Origin: Lentisphaeria bacterium
GTDB lineage: Bacteria > Verrucomicrobiota > Lentisphaeria > JABSQK01 > JAWLHB01
Assembly (NCBI GenBank): GCA_041690595.1
Contig: JAWLHB010000008.1
Span: 186,001 to 238,840 of the forward strand
Length of the DNA: 52,840 nucleotides
Direction: 5' to 3'
Shown here: in pieces, positions 1 through 10,654 of the stretch
Position numbering within the stretch: the stretch's first letter is position 1
Layout of the letters: every line of letters starts with the position of its first letter
Notes under the pieces: model-generated
The model's database searches: none
Seen by the model: only the letters and a program-made list of their open reading frames with translations
What the model was told of the DNA's origin: nothing
Translations under genes and position numbers: made by a program

Positions 1-846
1 CTGCTTGTGGCTGGCAATGACATCGTCATAGGGCACCACCGGCCATTCGTCGGTCAGCCGCGGAAAGGCCTCGGTGCGGGCCACATTGTAGCCGTAGATG
101 GAGTCGATCCCAACAGCCTTCAGGCGCGGAATCAGGCCGGGCCACCAGCAATGAACCGTCTCGTCATTCTCATAGTTGGCCACATTCATCATGATGTGGA
201 GCCCCTTCGGCGTCGCGTCGCGCATCGCTTTCAGACCGCCGGCTATATCGGTATCACTGCCGAGCTGATCCTGCAACGGTTGCCAATGCCAGAAAGCAAA
301 AACCGGGCTACCATCGACGTGCAGGTAATTGGGCTCGTTGAAGTAATGCTCGCAGCCATACCTGGCGACCGCCACGAGATCGTCCTGCGAATGCCTGATC
401 TCCAGCAACGGTTTGTCGAATGCCAGCGCCTGGCCCTCGCTGGAGGTTTGACCGATTGCCCGCCCCCGGAATATTTCGCGGGCCGCGGGCCAGACACCCC
501 AGGTGTGGTTGGCCCACATGATGAAGAACTTCATGCGGTGGCGGTTTCGTGCCTTGAGAAAGCCGTCTTCCAGGGCGCGATGCAGGAATTTCTTCCCGCC
601 GTACCAGTACCAGTCGAAGAGGAAGCAGGTGATGCCGTGATCGGCGGCCAGGTCGATCTGCCGTTCCATCCAGGCAGGATCCGACTCGTCGAACGCGCCC
701 CAGGCACACTGCTTGGGTTGCTCGTGCCCGTCGAAGAGCGGCCCGGCCTGCTCGAGCAGACGCCATTCACTGAACCCCGGGCCATACCACTGTTCGTAAA
801 AGGCATCCGGGTGCCAGCTCGGGAAGTAGACGGCAGCGACTTCCAT
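1..846 (-). CDS. GH99-like / WbsX-family glycoside hydrolase domain protein (3' end runs off window)
   Basis: Not in the ORF track. Manual minus-strand translation from ATG 846 (GAGGAG 8 nt upstream) gives MEVAAVYFPSWHPD...GFSEW...QIDLAADHGITCFLFDWYWYGG...FFIMWANHTW, typical of WbsX/GH99-like proteins. Confidence 0.8.
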   Translation of the reverse strand, partial: MEVAAVYFPSWHPDAFYEQWYGPGFSEWRLLEQAGPLFDGHEQPKQCAWGAFDESDPAWMERQIDLAADHGITCFLFDWYWYGGKKFLHRALEDGFLKARNRHRMKFFIMWANHTWGVWPAAREIFRGRAIGQTSSEGQALAFDKPLLEIRHSQDDLVAVARYGCEHYFNEPNYLHVDGSPVFAFWHWQPLQDQLGSDTDIAGGLKAMRDATPKGLHIMMNVANYENDETVHCWWPGLIPRLKAVGIDSIYGYNVARTEAFPRLTDEWPVVPYDDVIASHKQ

Positions 847-912
847 CTTACTCACTCCTCTCTGTCCGTTCGAGACGTATTGTCCTGTTATCGGGCAGGG
901 TGTTAGAATTGC

Positions 913-2949
913 TCATTGATTCTCCCGGGGAGCGCACCAGGCCAGCGCCATCTCGGCGAAATAGGAGCCGCTGCCGATGACCCAGTGCAGGCAGCCGCTA
1001 TGGTCGTCGAACACCTTGGCGGCGGCGCCGTGTTCAGCCGGGTACATGTCCTCGGCCCAGTAGCCTTGGCCGAACGGGCCTTGAGACGTCAGCCGTGCCA
1101 TTCCCTCCAGCCATTCAGTGACCCACGCGGGGCGGCGGCCGGCCCGCAGCAGGCCCATGACGAACTGCGGCGGCCAGGCGACGAAGCAGCCGCTCCAGCC
1201 ATGATCGGCGCGCATGCCGTCAGCGATGCCCACCCCGCGCGGCGACAGGCAGTGAGCCCACGTCGGGGTGGCAAGCTCGCGCCGGACAAACGCCTCGATT
1301 CCGTCGACCATGTCGGGGGGTAGCTCTTCGCCAATGTGGTTGAGGACCATACCTACATCATATAGATTCGGTTGGCCATGGTGCTTTCCGTCGGGGTGCC
1401 GACAATCGAAATATCCTTCATCTGGCCGATAAAGCGAGAGAACTGCCTCGATGAGTTGCCGGCGTTCCTCGTTGACCGGCTCATCCAGAAACGCTTCAGC
1501 TTCGTTCAACGCCCAAGCCTGGACGGCGGTGTGGCCGGCCGTGCCGTGGGCATAGGTGGTCAGCACTTCGTGATAGGCGTGGCGACTGCCGTAATCGACC
1601 AGGGACGAGTCCGGCAAATGCTTTCGACGATGGACCGTGACCATCTCCAAAAAAGCCTCGCGTGCCGTCAAGGTTCGAAACAGGGTCTCCTCCTCCGGTT
1701 TTTCCGGTCGGCTACCAGCCGGCTTGCCTTCGGGCCGCCGCTGCACCACGGCATCCAGCCAGCTTCGGTCCGCATGATGCTGCAACAGGTTCAGTGATGC
1801 GGTGATGACGGCGTGCGGGTAAGCGCAACACCCCCAGCCCCAGTGCTTGCCGTTGAAGTAGTTGGTCATCTGGCCCTGCAGCTCGGGTGCCGACATCTGG
1901 AGCATAAGCATTTCCCTCAGTACCAGCGGATCCAGGCGGGCCAACAAGCCACTGGTATAGGGTAGTTCCCACGACAGATAGACCGAACCCTCGCCCCGGC
2001 GCGGCCAGAGCGTGATGTAGGCGGGATTGAGCATGGCATGGGGGTATTCTCGCCGCAAGGTCAGGAGCGTCAGCACACCGTTGTAATAGAGTTTGCGGAT
2101 GGCTGCCGACTCGCTCTCCAGCACCGGCAGTGAACCACTGAAGATCGGATTGCCAGGCGTAAAGGCGGCGTCCCAAAGCTCTTCCCAGCGGGCCCGTGAT
2201 TGCGCAAACGCCTCGATCTCACGGCCGCGCCATGTCGCCGCCATCCCGTCGGCTTCTTTGCGCTCCTGGTGATAGGTGCAGAGCAGGCAGATACGGTGGC
2301 TGCCACCTGCTGAGAGTGTTTCGCGCCAGACCGGCGTGCGGTTCTCACGCCATTCGGCGGGTGCCGGCCAGACGCATTGCACACTGAACGCATTAATCCG
2401 GTCATTGGTGAAGCGGAGCCCATCGGGTACAGATGCCGATTCGACCGTGCAGGCCAACCCCTCGCTATCGCGAAAGTTGAACATACCGGTGGGAATCTCC
2501 GGCACCGACCAGTTATAGCCTTCGGCGCCAGTGTTGCGGGCTCGTCCGGACAGGATCAGCGACAGCTCGAGAGGACGCGGAGTTGACGCCGCATTGCGGA
2601 CAGTCAATTCGACGACGACGCCGGGCTCGTCGGGCAGCAAACAAGTTCGGCTGGAGAGTTCCCAGCCGTCAGGAGTGGCGGCACGCCGCTCGACCTCGAA
2701 GGCGCGCCAGCGGATGTCCACGGTCTTGCTCGTGGTCGCCACGTTGCGGCTGTTGAGCAGCGTGAAGCCGGTCACTTCGTTGCCCGCGCTGTAGGGAGGA
2801 AAGCAGGGGTGTTTGAACGCCACGGGGTCGGCTTCGATCTGAATCGATCCGAGGGCGTTGTTGAGCCCGGGGTTGGCGTCCCATTGGGCCACCCGCCGCG
2901 TCAGCCAACCTGTAGCAAGCTCGTCAAGAGAAAGGGCTTTTTTGTTCAT
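913..2949 (-). CDS. Hypothetical 678-aa protein, probable (alpha/alpha)6-barrel glycosidase-like
   Basis: Long ORF co-oriented with the operon, no signal peptide. KLYYNGVLTLL...YLSWELPYTSGLLARLDP resembles GH63/MGH1-like proteins (inference). Confidence 0.55.
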   Translation of the reverse strand: MNKKALSLDELATGWLTRRVAQWDANPGLNNALGSIQIEADPVAFKHPCFPPYSAGNEVTGFTLLNSRNVATTSKTVDIRWRAFEVERRAATPDGWELSSRTCLLPDEPGVVVELTVRNAASTPRPLELSLILSGRARNTGAEGYNWSVPEIPTGMFNFRDSEGLACTVESASVPDGLRFTNDRINAFSVQCVWPAPAEWRENRTPVWRETLSAGGSHRICLLCTYHQERKEADGMAATWRGREIEAFAQSRARWEELWDAAFTPGNPIFSGSLPVLESESAAIRKLYYNGVLTLLTLRREYPHAMLNPAYITLWPRRGEGSVYLSWELPYTSGLLARLDPLVLREMLMLQMSAPELQGQMTNYFNGKHWGWGCCAYPHAVITASLNLLQHHADRSWLDAVVQRRPEGKPAGSRPEKPEEETLFRTLTAREAFLEMVTVHRRKHLPDSSLVDYGSRHAYHEVLTTYAHGTAGHTAVQAWALNEAEAFLDEPVNEERRQLIEAVLSLYRPDEGYFDCRHPDGKHHGQPNLYDVGMVLNHIGEELPPDMVDGIEAFVRRELATPTWAHCLSPRGVGIADGMRADHGWSGCFVAWPPQFVMGLLRAGRRPAWVTEWLEGMARLTSQGPFGQGYWAEDMYPAEHGAAAKVFDDHSGCLHWVIGSGSYFAEMALAWCAPRENQ

Positions 2950-3062
2950 GGAGAAGCACTCTTTGTTGCTTGCGATTTGTCCCGCAAGGCGGTGATGCGC
3001 TCGCCGGAGAGCGCCTGTGGCGGGTCGCTCGTCAGGCCCAGATTACATGCGCTCCGCGGCGA

Positions 3063-6000
3063 TCATTGAATTCGGCCATCGGGCGTGATCATGACGCTCA
3101 TCCGTGCGGCCTTTATGGTGATGGCGCCGTCTTCGTTGGTGACGGTCAGCTTGTCGGGCTTCTGGCCCTTCTTCCAAGGCACGATCACGGTGGTGAAGGC
3201 GCCAGTGCCGCGGACGCGGAGAATGTGCTGCCGCTCTTCGAAAGTCCGGCCTTGTGCGGCTTGAAAGAGATTGCCGCTCGGACCGTTCCATTGGTTGCCC
3301 CAGTTGCCGACATGAGCCTGCCGGACCTCGTCGGCAATCAGATAGACGTCCCAGTCGATGCCTTCGCTCGGATGCCCATTCCACGTCTGCCCCGTGAAGC
3401 CGAGTCGGTTGACGCCGGGCGTCAGTGGAAACATCTCCCCTGCCGATGGCAACTGCGTGGCCGGGTCGGTCGTTTTGTCGCTGGGCGGGTGCATCCGAAG
3501 CGGCGGCGTCCGCAGACCCGCGGGTGTTTCCACGGCGCCTTCCGCCATCAGGTTGAGCGTGAAGATCTTGGGGGCGTCAGCTTCCTTGCCGCTGAAGGTG
3601 TCGCGGATCACCAGTATGGGCATGTTGGGATCGGCTGTGGCCAAGGTCACCGTGCGCACCCATGCAGTATTTCCGGAGCGTATGGTGGAAATCATGCGGC
3701 GACCGTTCGGGAAAACGTCGAGCGACGTTGCTTCACCCACACCGTGGTTTCCGTATTGCTGACTGAAGCCGCTGCCGAGGCCCATATCCTGGATATCCCT
3801 GTCCCATGGCTGGCCAAAGGCGCTCTCCTGGATCACCGTGCTGTGCATCACGCCGCCAGCGACTCGCGGATAGTAGATGGGCCCCCAATCAATGGCAAGT
3901 GGAACGCCGAGCAGGTAGGTCACGATCGATCCGAGGTCGTTGTGACAGTGGTCCTGGTAGAAGTTGCCGTTGACACACCATACTGCATTCTCTTCCGGGG
4001 TGCCCCAGCCGCTGCGCAGGATGGCGTAATAGCCAGGGAAGCTGGCGTCGCCGAGATCCGGCGATACGCCAGGCAGTTTGTCGTTGATCTTCAACAGCGT
4101 GGAGCCATGGAAGCCGGTGTGGATCTTGCCGTTTTCCTGCCAAGCGCCCATCAGCCGGGTAGAGAGTTCCGGCTTCGACTGAGCGAATCCCGTAGCCATC
4201 ATGCCATACGCTTCCGTGCCCTCGGTGGAACCATCGCCGATCGCCACCATCAGCCTGTTGCCGCCAAACCTCACCTCCGGCGGGGTGAGCGCCTGCATGT
4301 AGAACTCGGCGAATCTGGCCAGCCGTTCCTCCTCGGCAAATGCGTCGTGGATACCGGCCATCCGCAGTTGCTGGAAGGTCGCCAACAGCGGGCCATTGGC
4401 AGCACCCACATAATGGATCGATCCCATGTGGGCGCCGTGCTCGTTGATCGTCTGCGCAAGCATGCCTCTGGCCGCGTCGGCAACGCCTTGCGCACGGTCT
4501 TTGAAGGTCGGGTGGGTGGCCAGGAAGAGGGCGTACATCTGCCGGTAATTCTGCTGCTGAATGGGCATATTCGGGGTGCCGAGGTTGATGCCCTGCCAGT
4601 TATCGAGTGGCACGAAGTCATTGTCGTAAAGGATCGAGCCGAAGAGGACGGCGATCGCCTTGAGCTGATGTTTCTGTTCGGGGGTTGTCTGGTCGGAGGC
4701 AAGCAGCTGGTCGATCCAAGCCAGCGTTCGACTCATTGCCAGACCACCATGCCAGTAGTGCACGGGCGTGGCATAGATGCCGTCGCCATTGATGAAGTGG
4801 TCGAGCAGGGAGCTGGCCGAGGCGCAGATCTCACCGACCAATTCGGTCGCCTGTTCACCGGTTGTGTCAGCCCAGAAGTCGATCAACGGGCGAGCAGTCG
4901 GCTCGGCGTTGTAGAGCCAGCCGTGGTAGCCGCTGCCATGCCTGCCGGCGGTATCGGCGCGGAGTCTGGCGATGAGGCTTTCCACTGCCTCGCGTGGCAT
5001 ATACATGGCGCCGTAGCCCTGTGGCGGATCGGGGAAGTCAGGTACGTAGCGGTGGATCTTATCCAGATTGATGCCGGCGTGCAGGTTCATCTGGCGGGCG
5101 ATCGGCTGAATCTCCGTGGGAGGTTTGAGGTCGCCGCCCCTGGTGCCGACAAAGAGCCCCCAGCAGAATCGGCTGCGCGGAAAGGTACGAGCATCAGCGC
5201 TGCGGCGGTAGCTCTGCATGGTTATCCCGAAGCCGCGCGGCTCGTCATCACCTGCAGGAGTCGTCCAGAACCCCACCCCGCTGAATGCCGCGCCGATGGC
5301 GCGCGACGCCGGTCCGGCAAAGATCCCAATGAGGTTGCTGTCTTCGTCGGCGCCAGCATCGAACGCCTGCCAGTACCAGCCGGAATCATAAACCCATGGA
5401 TCCCAGATGGCCATCCACCGCCACGTGTCCTGAGTCGTTGTGTAGCCAGATGACTTCTGACGCTGATAGGTGAAGTCCACCTGGGCATCGATACCCCCGC
5501 GGGTATGAGATGGACGGTAGACCTTGCCATCGGGTTCGTAACCATGTTCCTGCTGTCGGGAATGATGGCCGCGATACCGGGCGTGGGTGGGGTGGACGGC
5601 CGGAAAGAAATCCAGCGACCACCTCGGTTCGATATCCGTGTCCTCCTCAAAGAGGACGGATGGCTGGCCCGCCTGCAGGGTGATTGTACAGGTGTAATAG
5701 CCGGGGCCGGCAGGGCGGGTTTTCTGTTGCCCATACATGTAGTCCGGGGTGTCGAACTGGTAATCGATCTGCACGCTTGTCACCAGCGGGCCCCGCTCGA
5801 CAAGCTTTACCCCCATGCCGGTTGCTCGCGTCTTCGCCTGCCAGTCGCCGGCTGCCTGGTACTCCAAGGGGTTGACGCCGTCCGGATTCACCCACGTACC
5901 ATCGCGCATGAGCACGCCCTGAAGCGGCGCCGGCAAGGACTGGTTGTCCGCCGAAACGGGGACGGCTTTTGGGATGCGAACACCGGTAATACCGTTGACG

Positions 6001-6395
6001 ATTTCGTACCAGTCGTCGGTTTCTCGGAGGGTCACGGCGTTGGGGTCGGCAACCGCTGGCGTACCGGGCTGCACGGTGAAGGTGCGGCTTTCGTTGGCGG
6101 CGAGGCTTGTGCGGAGAGCAAGCTTGCGATCACCCTCGAGCATCTGGAAGGGCACTTCGATTGGGGGCGCTTCTCCCACTGCCATGGTGATCACGATCTT
6201 TGTGGGTTCCATGGGCGTGGCAAGATCGAACGTGATGATCTGATCCGGGTGGGACACGCCGAAGCGCTCAGTCAGGGTGAAAGGCTGAGGAAGCCGCGGG
6301 GATGCTGCATCGGCTTCCGCCAGTGCTGACGGCACAAAATGTATATGAAGAACGAGTGCTCCGGTCAGCAAGAATATCAGCTTGTGTGTGGTCAC
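3063..6395 (-). CDS. Large secreted heparinase II/III-like (polysaccharide lyase-like) protein, 1110 aa
   Basis: GTG start and Sec signal peptide (LIFLLTGALVLHIHFVPSALA). Motifs FPGYYAILRSGW, HCHNDLGS, LAIDWG and HST match the heparinase II/III-type C-terminal domain. Confidence 0.65.
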   Translation of the reverse strand: MTTHKLIFLLTGALVLHIHFVPSALAEADAASPRLPQPFTLTERFGVSHPDQIITFDLATPMEPTKIVITMAVGEAPPIEVPFQMLEGDRKLALRTSLAANESRTFTVQPGTPAVADPNAVTLRETDDWYEIVNGITGVRIPKAVPVSADNQSLPAPLQGVLMRDGTWVNPDGVNPLEYQAAGDWQAKTRATGMGVKLVERGPLVTSVQIDYQFDTPDYMYGQQKTRPAGPGYYTCTITLQAGQPSVLFEEDTDIEPRWSLDFFPAVHPTHARYRGHHSRQQEHGYEPDGKVYRPSHTRGGIDAQVDFTYQRQKSSGYTTTQDTWRWMAIWDPWVYDSGWYWQAFDAGADEDSNLIGIFAGPASRAIGAAFSGVGFWTTPAGDDEPRGFGITMQSYRRSADARTFPRSRFCWGLFVGTRGGDLKPPTEIQPIARQMNLHAGINLDKIHRYVPDFPDPPQGYGAMYMPREAVESLIARLRADTAGRHGSGYHGWLYNAEPTARPLIDFWADTTGEQATELVGEICASASSLLDHFINGDGIYATPVHYWHGGLAMSRTLAWIDQLLASDQTTPEQKHQLKAIAVLFGSILYDNDFVPLDNWQGINLGTPNMPIQQQNYRQMYALFLATHPTFKDRAQGVADAARGMLAQTINEHGAHMGSIHYVGAANGPLLATFQQLRMAGIHDAFAEEERLARFAEFYMQALTPPEVRFGGNRLMVAIGDGSTEGTEAYGMMATGFAQSKPELSTRLMGAWQENGKIHTGFHGSTLLKINDKLPGVSPDLGDASFPGYYAILRSGWGTPEENAVWCVNGNFYQDHCHNDLGSIVTYLLGVPLAIDWGPIYYPRVAGGVMHSTVIQESAFGQPWDRDIQDMGLGSGFSQQYGNHGVGEATSLDVFPNGRRMISTIRSGNTAWVRTVTLATADPNMPILVIRDTFSGKEADAPKIFTLNLMAEGAVETPAGLRTPPLRMHPPSDKTTDPATQLPSAGEMFPLTPGVNRLGFTGQTWNGHPSEGIDWDVYLIADEVRQAHVGNWGNQWNGPSGNLFQAAQGRTFEERQHILRVRGTGAFTTVIVPWKKGQKPDKLTVTNEDGAITIKAARMSVMITPDGRIQ

Positions 6396-6418
6396 TTGTG
6401 CCTACCGTTTTAGTTCCG

Positions 6419-9400
6419 TCATTCCGCGGTCAAGTCTGTAACCGTAGCCTTGCCGCCCTGTTCGATCATCAGCACGGCGGTGCCCTGGACGGCCTGACCG
6501 CCCAGTTGCAGATCGCTGGTTTCCTTCTGCAGCAGGACGGTATCGGTGCGGTCGGGGAAGATGACCTGGATGGCGTTGCCGTCGGCCACGGTCGCGAATC
6601 TTGGCGCGGGCTCGCCTTGCTTGACCGGCACCATGGCGATGAAGAAGCCAGTCTCGCGCGTGGACTGCGTAATGCGCAGTTGGAGCTGATCTTCGCGGAA
6701 CGGTTTGCCGAACGTCTCCTGATAGTGCTTGGCGAAGGCGAAGCCGGCGCTGTGGCCGACCGTGCGGGTGTGAGGCGTGAAGCTGGACGGTTCGGCGATG
6801 TAGCAGTGCAGATCAACGCCGTGCTGGCCGGTGAAGACGGCTACCTGGCCGTCGATATCGACCTTGTCGGCCAGCGCCCAGAGGTTGAGGCTGGGATCGA
6901 GCTCGGTGTTGCCGGCCAGGTCGTCGCGGATGACCAGGTAGAGGTGTCCCATGGGATTCTCGTCCTTGACAAAGGCGTATTGCCGAGTCCAGCGAAACGG
7001 CTGCTGCAGCACAACTTCTTCATGCGCCTGAGTGTCATCGAAGACATCCTTGCCATGCGGCTCCCGGAGGGTGAAGGCGACCCGATGCAGGTAGCCCACC
7101 TGGCGCTCCATGCGGGCGTAGTCGGCCCGCGGTCCAGCCTGAAAGGCGGTGACCTTGCCGAAGGTCGCAAACGCGTCGGTCGCTTGCGGATTCTCCTTCA
7201 TCTCGACGACCGTGAAGGGTGCCGTCGTCAGGTTCCGGTAGTCGGCGTTGGCGCTCTTGCGCCACCAGTCGTTTTCCGGGCCGTCCGTGGCCGGGCGAAT
7301 GGTCTCGTCATGGTTGAAGGTCAGCCCGCCCGGGTGCAGCCACTGCTGGCGCATGGAGGGCGTGTACATGGCGGCGAAGTCCATCATCAGCGGCGCGCCC
7401 TTGGCATAGAGCAGCCAGCTGCCGCGATCGTTGTGCCCGTGGCCCCAGGAGAAATCGCCGGCATGGACCTGCAGATAGGCCTCGTCCTGGCGCGGAAAGC
7501 CGTTGCGCATGACGAAGCCGAAGCCGGGGAAATGGCTGGAGCCGAGTTCCGGCGCCAACGGCTCGAGCCCGGGATCGACCATCTTGTAGCTGGCGTCGGC
7601 ATGGCCGCCGAGCTTGTTGCCGCTTTCTTTCAAGCCCCAGGCAAGCTGGCGAGCCAACCGCGGGTCGCGGATCTGGAAGAAACCGGCGAGCGGCGCGAAC
7701 GTTTCATCGCCAGCGTAGTATCCATCGCCCTCGGTGCTGACGGAGCGCAAGTCGCCCCGCACATCCCACGGCAGCAGGATGGAGAGACGCGAAAGGGCGG
7801 CGGCACGCAGGCGTTGCTCGGCGCGGCTGATGTCGAGGTCGGTGCCATTGGCCAGAGCCGCCAGCGCATGCGCCGGCATGCTGATCGCCATCTGGCCGTA
7901 ATGGGGGCATTCAAGCGTCGCACCGGCCTCGTTGATCTGGTCTTCAACGTAAAGGGTGATGACATGCGCGAGTTGCTCGCGCCACGCTTTCGCCATCGGG
8001 TGGTTGGGCAGAAGCGCGACAAGGTAGCAGGCGCGGCATTGCACCTGCGCCATCATGTTGGCCGAGCCCCAGGCGAAGCCGGCGGTGCGCGGCGGGACAT
8101 AGTCCGGATTCATCGCCTGATATACGATGGCTGCCAACCAGCGACGGATGTCCCGCGCCTGCTCGGGGGTGCAGGCCGGCGAAGCCAGCGCATCCTCGGC
8201 AGCATTGGCGATCAGCCCTTCGTTGATGCCAAAGTCCATATGCCCATAGGCGACCTGAGCAAAGTGCTGCACCGTCTGGCGGAGCTTGGCGATGGCATCG
8301 GTTACGGCCTTCCGATCCGCTGCCGTCGGCTCCTGCCGTGCGGCGAGCTCGTTCTCGACTTCCGCCAGCGGTTTGCGTTGCTTGCGGGATTCGTATCGGG
8401 CGCGATCGCCGGCGGGTACATACATGCGTGGGTACTTGCCGGGCTCGTCGTACCACACTGTCCAGTTGCGGACGTTGTCCAATTGGACGCTACCGAGGCG
8501 GACGTGGCGCAGCATCAGGTTCGAGCCCCATTGCTCTTGTTCTGTAACGACTGGACCATGACGTTCGGGCAGGACCTGCTTCGCCAGTGTCCGCTCGACA
8601 CCGCCGATGCCAAAGACGCGCTTGCCGAGGCAGACGGGGGCGCGCATCCAGGTATCGCCGGAGGCGAGGCGCTGGAAGGTCGGGCAATTGGTCTGTACGT
8701 ACTGATTGATGATGGTGCTGGGATGTGGATCGATATCCGGATGCAGCCACTCGCTGGCGCGCAGGCCGACGATGGCGAGCTGCTGAGCAGGTGCTTGTGC
8801 ATTCCAGAGGCCGAGGTAAAGCGTTTCTTCATCGCCCCACTGGAGATAGGCGTTGAGATAGGCAAATCGGCCGTCCTTGTCATGAGTCAAACCGCCATCC
8901 CCCTGCTTGAGATGGCCATACTGACTGCGGCCATGGAAATCAGCGCTGTCGGGCTGAAGCCCCTCGGCGAATGAGAAGCAGTAGGCGTTGGGTGTCGGCA
9001 GCCTGGCCATGGTCTGGCCCCACCAGTCCCACATCAGCGCCTTGTCGGGCGTCTCGAAGTCGGGCAAGACATAGGCATACAGCTGGTCGGATCGCATGCC
9101 GTCGATCCCGCTCATGGGGTACCGCTGGCCCTCGGACAGGTTGTAGGCTTCGGTGATGATCGCCAGATCCTGACCCACGTTCAGCTCGACTGTGGCGGCA
9201 TAGTACCTGCCGCCCTCGAACTCGTAGCGGATCTCCGCCCGAGCGAAGACGGGGCCGCTGGCGGTGATCTCGGCTTGGAATCCGGTACAGGCGATATCCG
9301 TCTCCCACCAGCCTTTGCCAATCCAGGTACCATTGGGCAGACGCACGCCCTGAATGGGCGCGGGAAGTTGGTCGCCGGCAATCGGCTGGTTGAATGTCTT

Positions 9401-9820
9401 GCTTCCGCCAATCAGGCGGATGCCGGTTTTACCGTTGCTCAGTTCGATCAGCTCGCCCTTGCGCTCGACGCGCAGTGGAGTGGTGGGTTGCTGGATCTTT
9501 TCCATGCCGGCCGTCAGGCGCCAGGTCGCGTTCTCGTCGGGTGCCAGCGACGCCATGAAGGAGACCTGCGCCCGCTTCACGGTCTTGTCGTCGGGCCAGT
9601 AGTCGATCTCGCTGAGTTGGATCGGGACCGGTACCCCCGCCGCATCGCGCAAAGCCACTCCGGCGGGACTCACCTCTCCCTTGAGGAATTCAACGGTATG
9701 GGTAACTCGATCGGGCCCCCATTCCAAGCCAAAGGGCTCCTGGATGCTGAAGGCGATTTCAGCTGATTGGGCTATGGTTGAGACGATTACAACGCCAAGG
9801 ATCATGATTTTCTTGACCAT
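6419..9820 (-). CDS. Large secreted heparinase II/III-like protein, paralog of 3063-6395
   Basis: ATG 9820 follows GAGGA; signal peptide present. Motifs FPGFGFVMRNG and GHGHNDRGSWLLYAKGAPL. Shares the NGxTGxR / LPAPxQGV..xGTW block with its neighbour. Confidence 0.65.
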   Translation of the reverse strand: MVKKIMILGVVIVSTIAQSAEIAFSIQEPFGLEWGPDRVTHTVEFLKGEVSPAGVALRDAAGVPVPIQLSEIDYWPDDKTVKRAQVSFMASLAPDENATWRLTAGMEKIQQPTTPLRVERKGELIELSNGKTGIRLIGGSKTFNQPIAGDQLPAPIQGVRLPNGTWIGKGWWETDIACTGFQAEITASGPVFARAEIRYEFEGGRYYAATVELNVGQDLAIITEAYNLSEGQRYPMSGIDGMRSDQLYAYVLPDFETPDKALMWDWWGQTMARLPTPNAYCFSFAEGLQPDSADFHGRSQYGHLKQGDGGLTHDKDGRFAYLNAYLQWGDEETLYLGLWNAQAPAQQLAIVGLRASEWLHPDIDPHPSTIINQYVQTNCPTFQRLASGDTWMRAPVCLGKRVFGIGGVERTLAKQVLPERHGPVVTEQEQWGSNLMLRHVRLGSVQLDNVRNWTVWYDEPGKYPRMYVPAGDRARYESRKQRKPLAEVENELAARQEPTAADRKAVTDAIAKLRQTVQHFAQVAYGHMDFGINEGLIANAAEDALASPACTPEQARDIRRWLAAIVYQAMNPDYVPPRTAGFAWGSANMMAQVQCRACYLVALLPNHPMAKAWREQLAHVITLYVEDQINEAGATLECPHYGQMAISMPAHALAALANGTDLDISRAEQRLRAAALSRLSILLPWDVRGDLRSVSTEGDGYYAGDETFAPLAGFFQIRDPRLARQLAWGLKESGNKLGGHADASYKMVDPGLEPLAPELGSSHFPGFGFVMRNGFPRQDEAYLQVHAGDFSWGHGHNDRGSWLLYAKGAPLMMDFAAMYTPSMRQQWLHPGGLTFNHDETIRPATDGPENDWWRKSANADYRNLTTAPFTVVEMKENPQATDAFATFGKVTAFQAGPRADYARMERQVGYLHRVAFTLREPHGKDVFDDTQAHEEVVLQQPFRWTRQYAFVKDENPMGHLYLVIRDDLAGNTELDPSLNLWALADKVDIDGQVAVFTGQHGVDLHCYIAEPSSFTPHTRTVGHSAGFAFAKHYQETFGKPFREDQLQLRITQSTRETGFFIAMVPVKQGEPAPRFATVADGNAIQVIFPDRTDTVLLQKETSDLQLGGQAVQGTAVLMIEQGGKATVTDLTAE

Positions 9821-9894
9821 CAGTTTCCTCAATAGCTGGTACGCATAAGGGCATTGATAGGGAGTAGACGTGTTGAAGTCTGTGTCTGGGATCT

Positions 9895-10650
9895 TCAGGG
9901 TTGCCAGAAATTGGCGACGATGATGGCGTTATCGTAGTTCGATACCAGATTGTTGTTTCTGTGGGGCGGCCAGTAGGCATGGTAAGCTGCATTTTGTGCA
10001 TGCCATGGGAGCTCTTTGGGCCAGTACACCACGCCCAGTGGGGCGAGGCCGGAATAGGCATAGAAGTCGACCGATCCATCGCCGAGAAGGAGATTCATGC
10101 CTCGTGTATGGTTCTGGCCCCAGTATTGGGCATTCCAGGTAGAGTTGAGCGTGATCCAGGAGCCACCGTAGGTCATCAGATCTGCCGCCAGCCCCCAGCG
10201 CTCCGGCAACATCAACTGATTCAGGCGAATGCCGTGATAAAACTGGGGCCAGTCAGTAGGTGGCGGCCCGGAATGACCGTCGGCAAAGCCCCCGCCCGCC
10301 CAGTAGTAATGGCTGCCGTATAGCGCCTGTTCGCCGGAGCCACTGGGGCAAGCCAATACCTCGCGATTGATGCCTTCCTCGTTGCCAAACCAGTTTTTTG
10401 GCCACGCCCGCCCCATCTGCCACCAGTGCTTGTCTGCCTTTGGCGGCAGCCAGTCATCGAAGTCGTCTGCGTAGATATAGGCCGCCAGCCCGATCTGCTT
10501 CTGATTGCTCAGGCAGGCGGTCAGGCGAGCTCGCTCCCTGGCTGAGCTGAGCGCCGGCAAGAGCAGAGAGGCGAGAATGGCGATAATCGCCACGACGACG
10601 AGCAGTTCTATTAACGTGAAGCGGCTGCGACGGTGTCTGAGGCGATTCAT
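9895..10650 (-). CDS. Prepilin-type N-terminal cleavage/methylation domain protein (DUF1559 / H-X9-DG type) #1
   Basis: [50 protein letters not shown], with CPS and C-terminal [16 protein letters not shown] lies upstream of ATG 10650. Confidence 0.9.
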   Translation of the reverse strand: MNRLRHRRSRFTLIELLVVVAIIAILASLLLPALSSARERARLTACLSNQKQIGLAAYIYADDFDDWLPPKADKHWWQMGRAWPKNWFGNEEGINREVLACPSGSGEQALYGSHYYWAGGGFADGHSGPPPTDWPQFYHGIRLNQLMLPERWGLAADLMTYGGSWITLNSTWNAQYWGQNHTRGMNLLLGDGSVDFYAYSGLAPLGVVYWPKELPWHAQNAAYHAYWPPHRNNNLVSNYDNAIIVANFWQP

Positions 10651-10654
10651 GGAT

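Noticed and set aside
7..906. 299-aa plus-strand ORF
   Set aside because: Antisense shadow of the WbsX/GH99-like gene on the minus strand.
2970..8974. 827-aa and 890-aa plus-strand ORFs
   Set aside because: Antisense shadows of the lyase-like genes, expected at high GC; no recognisable motifs.
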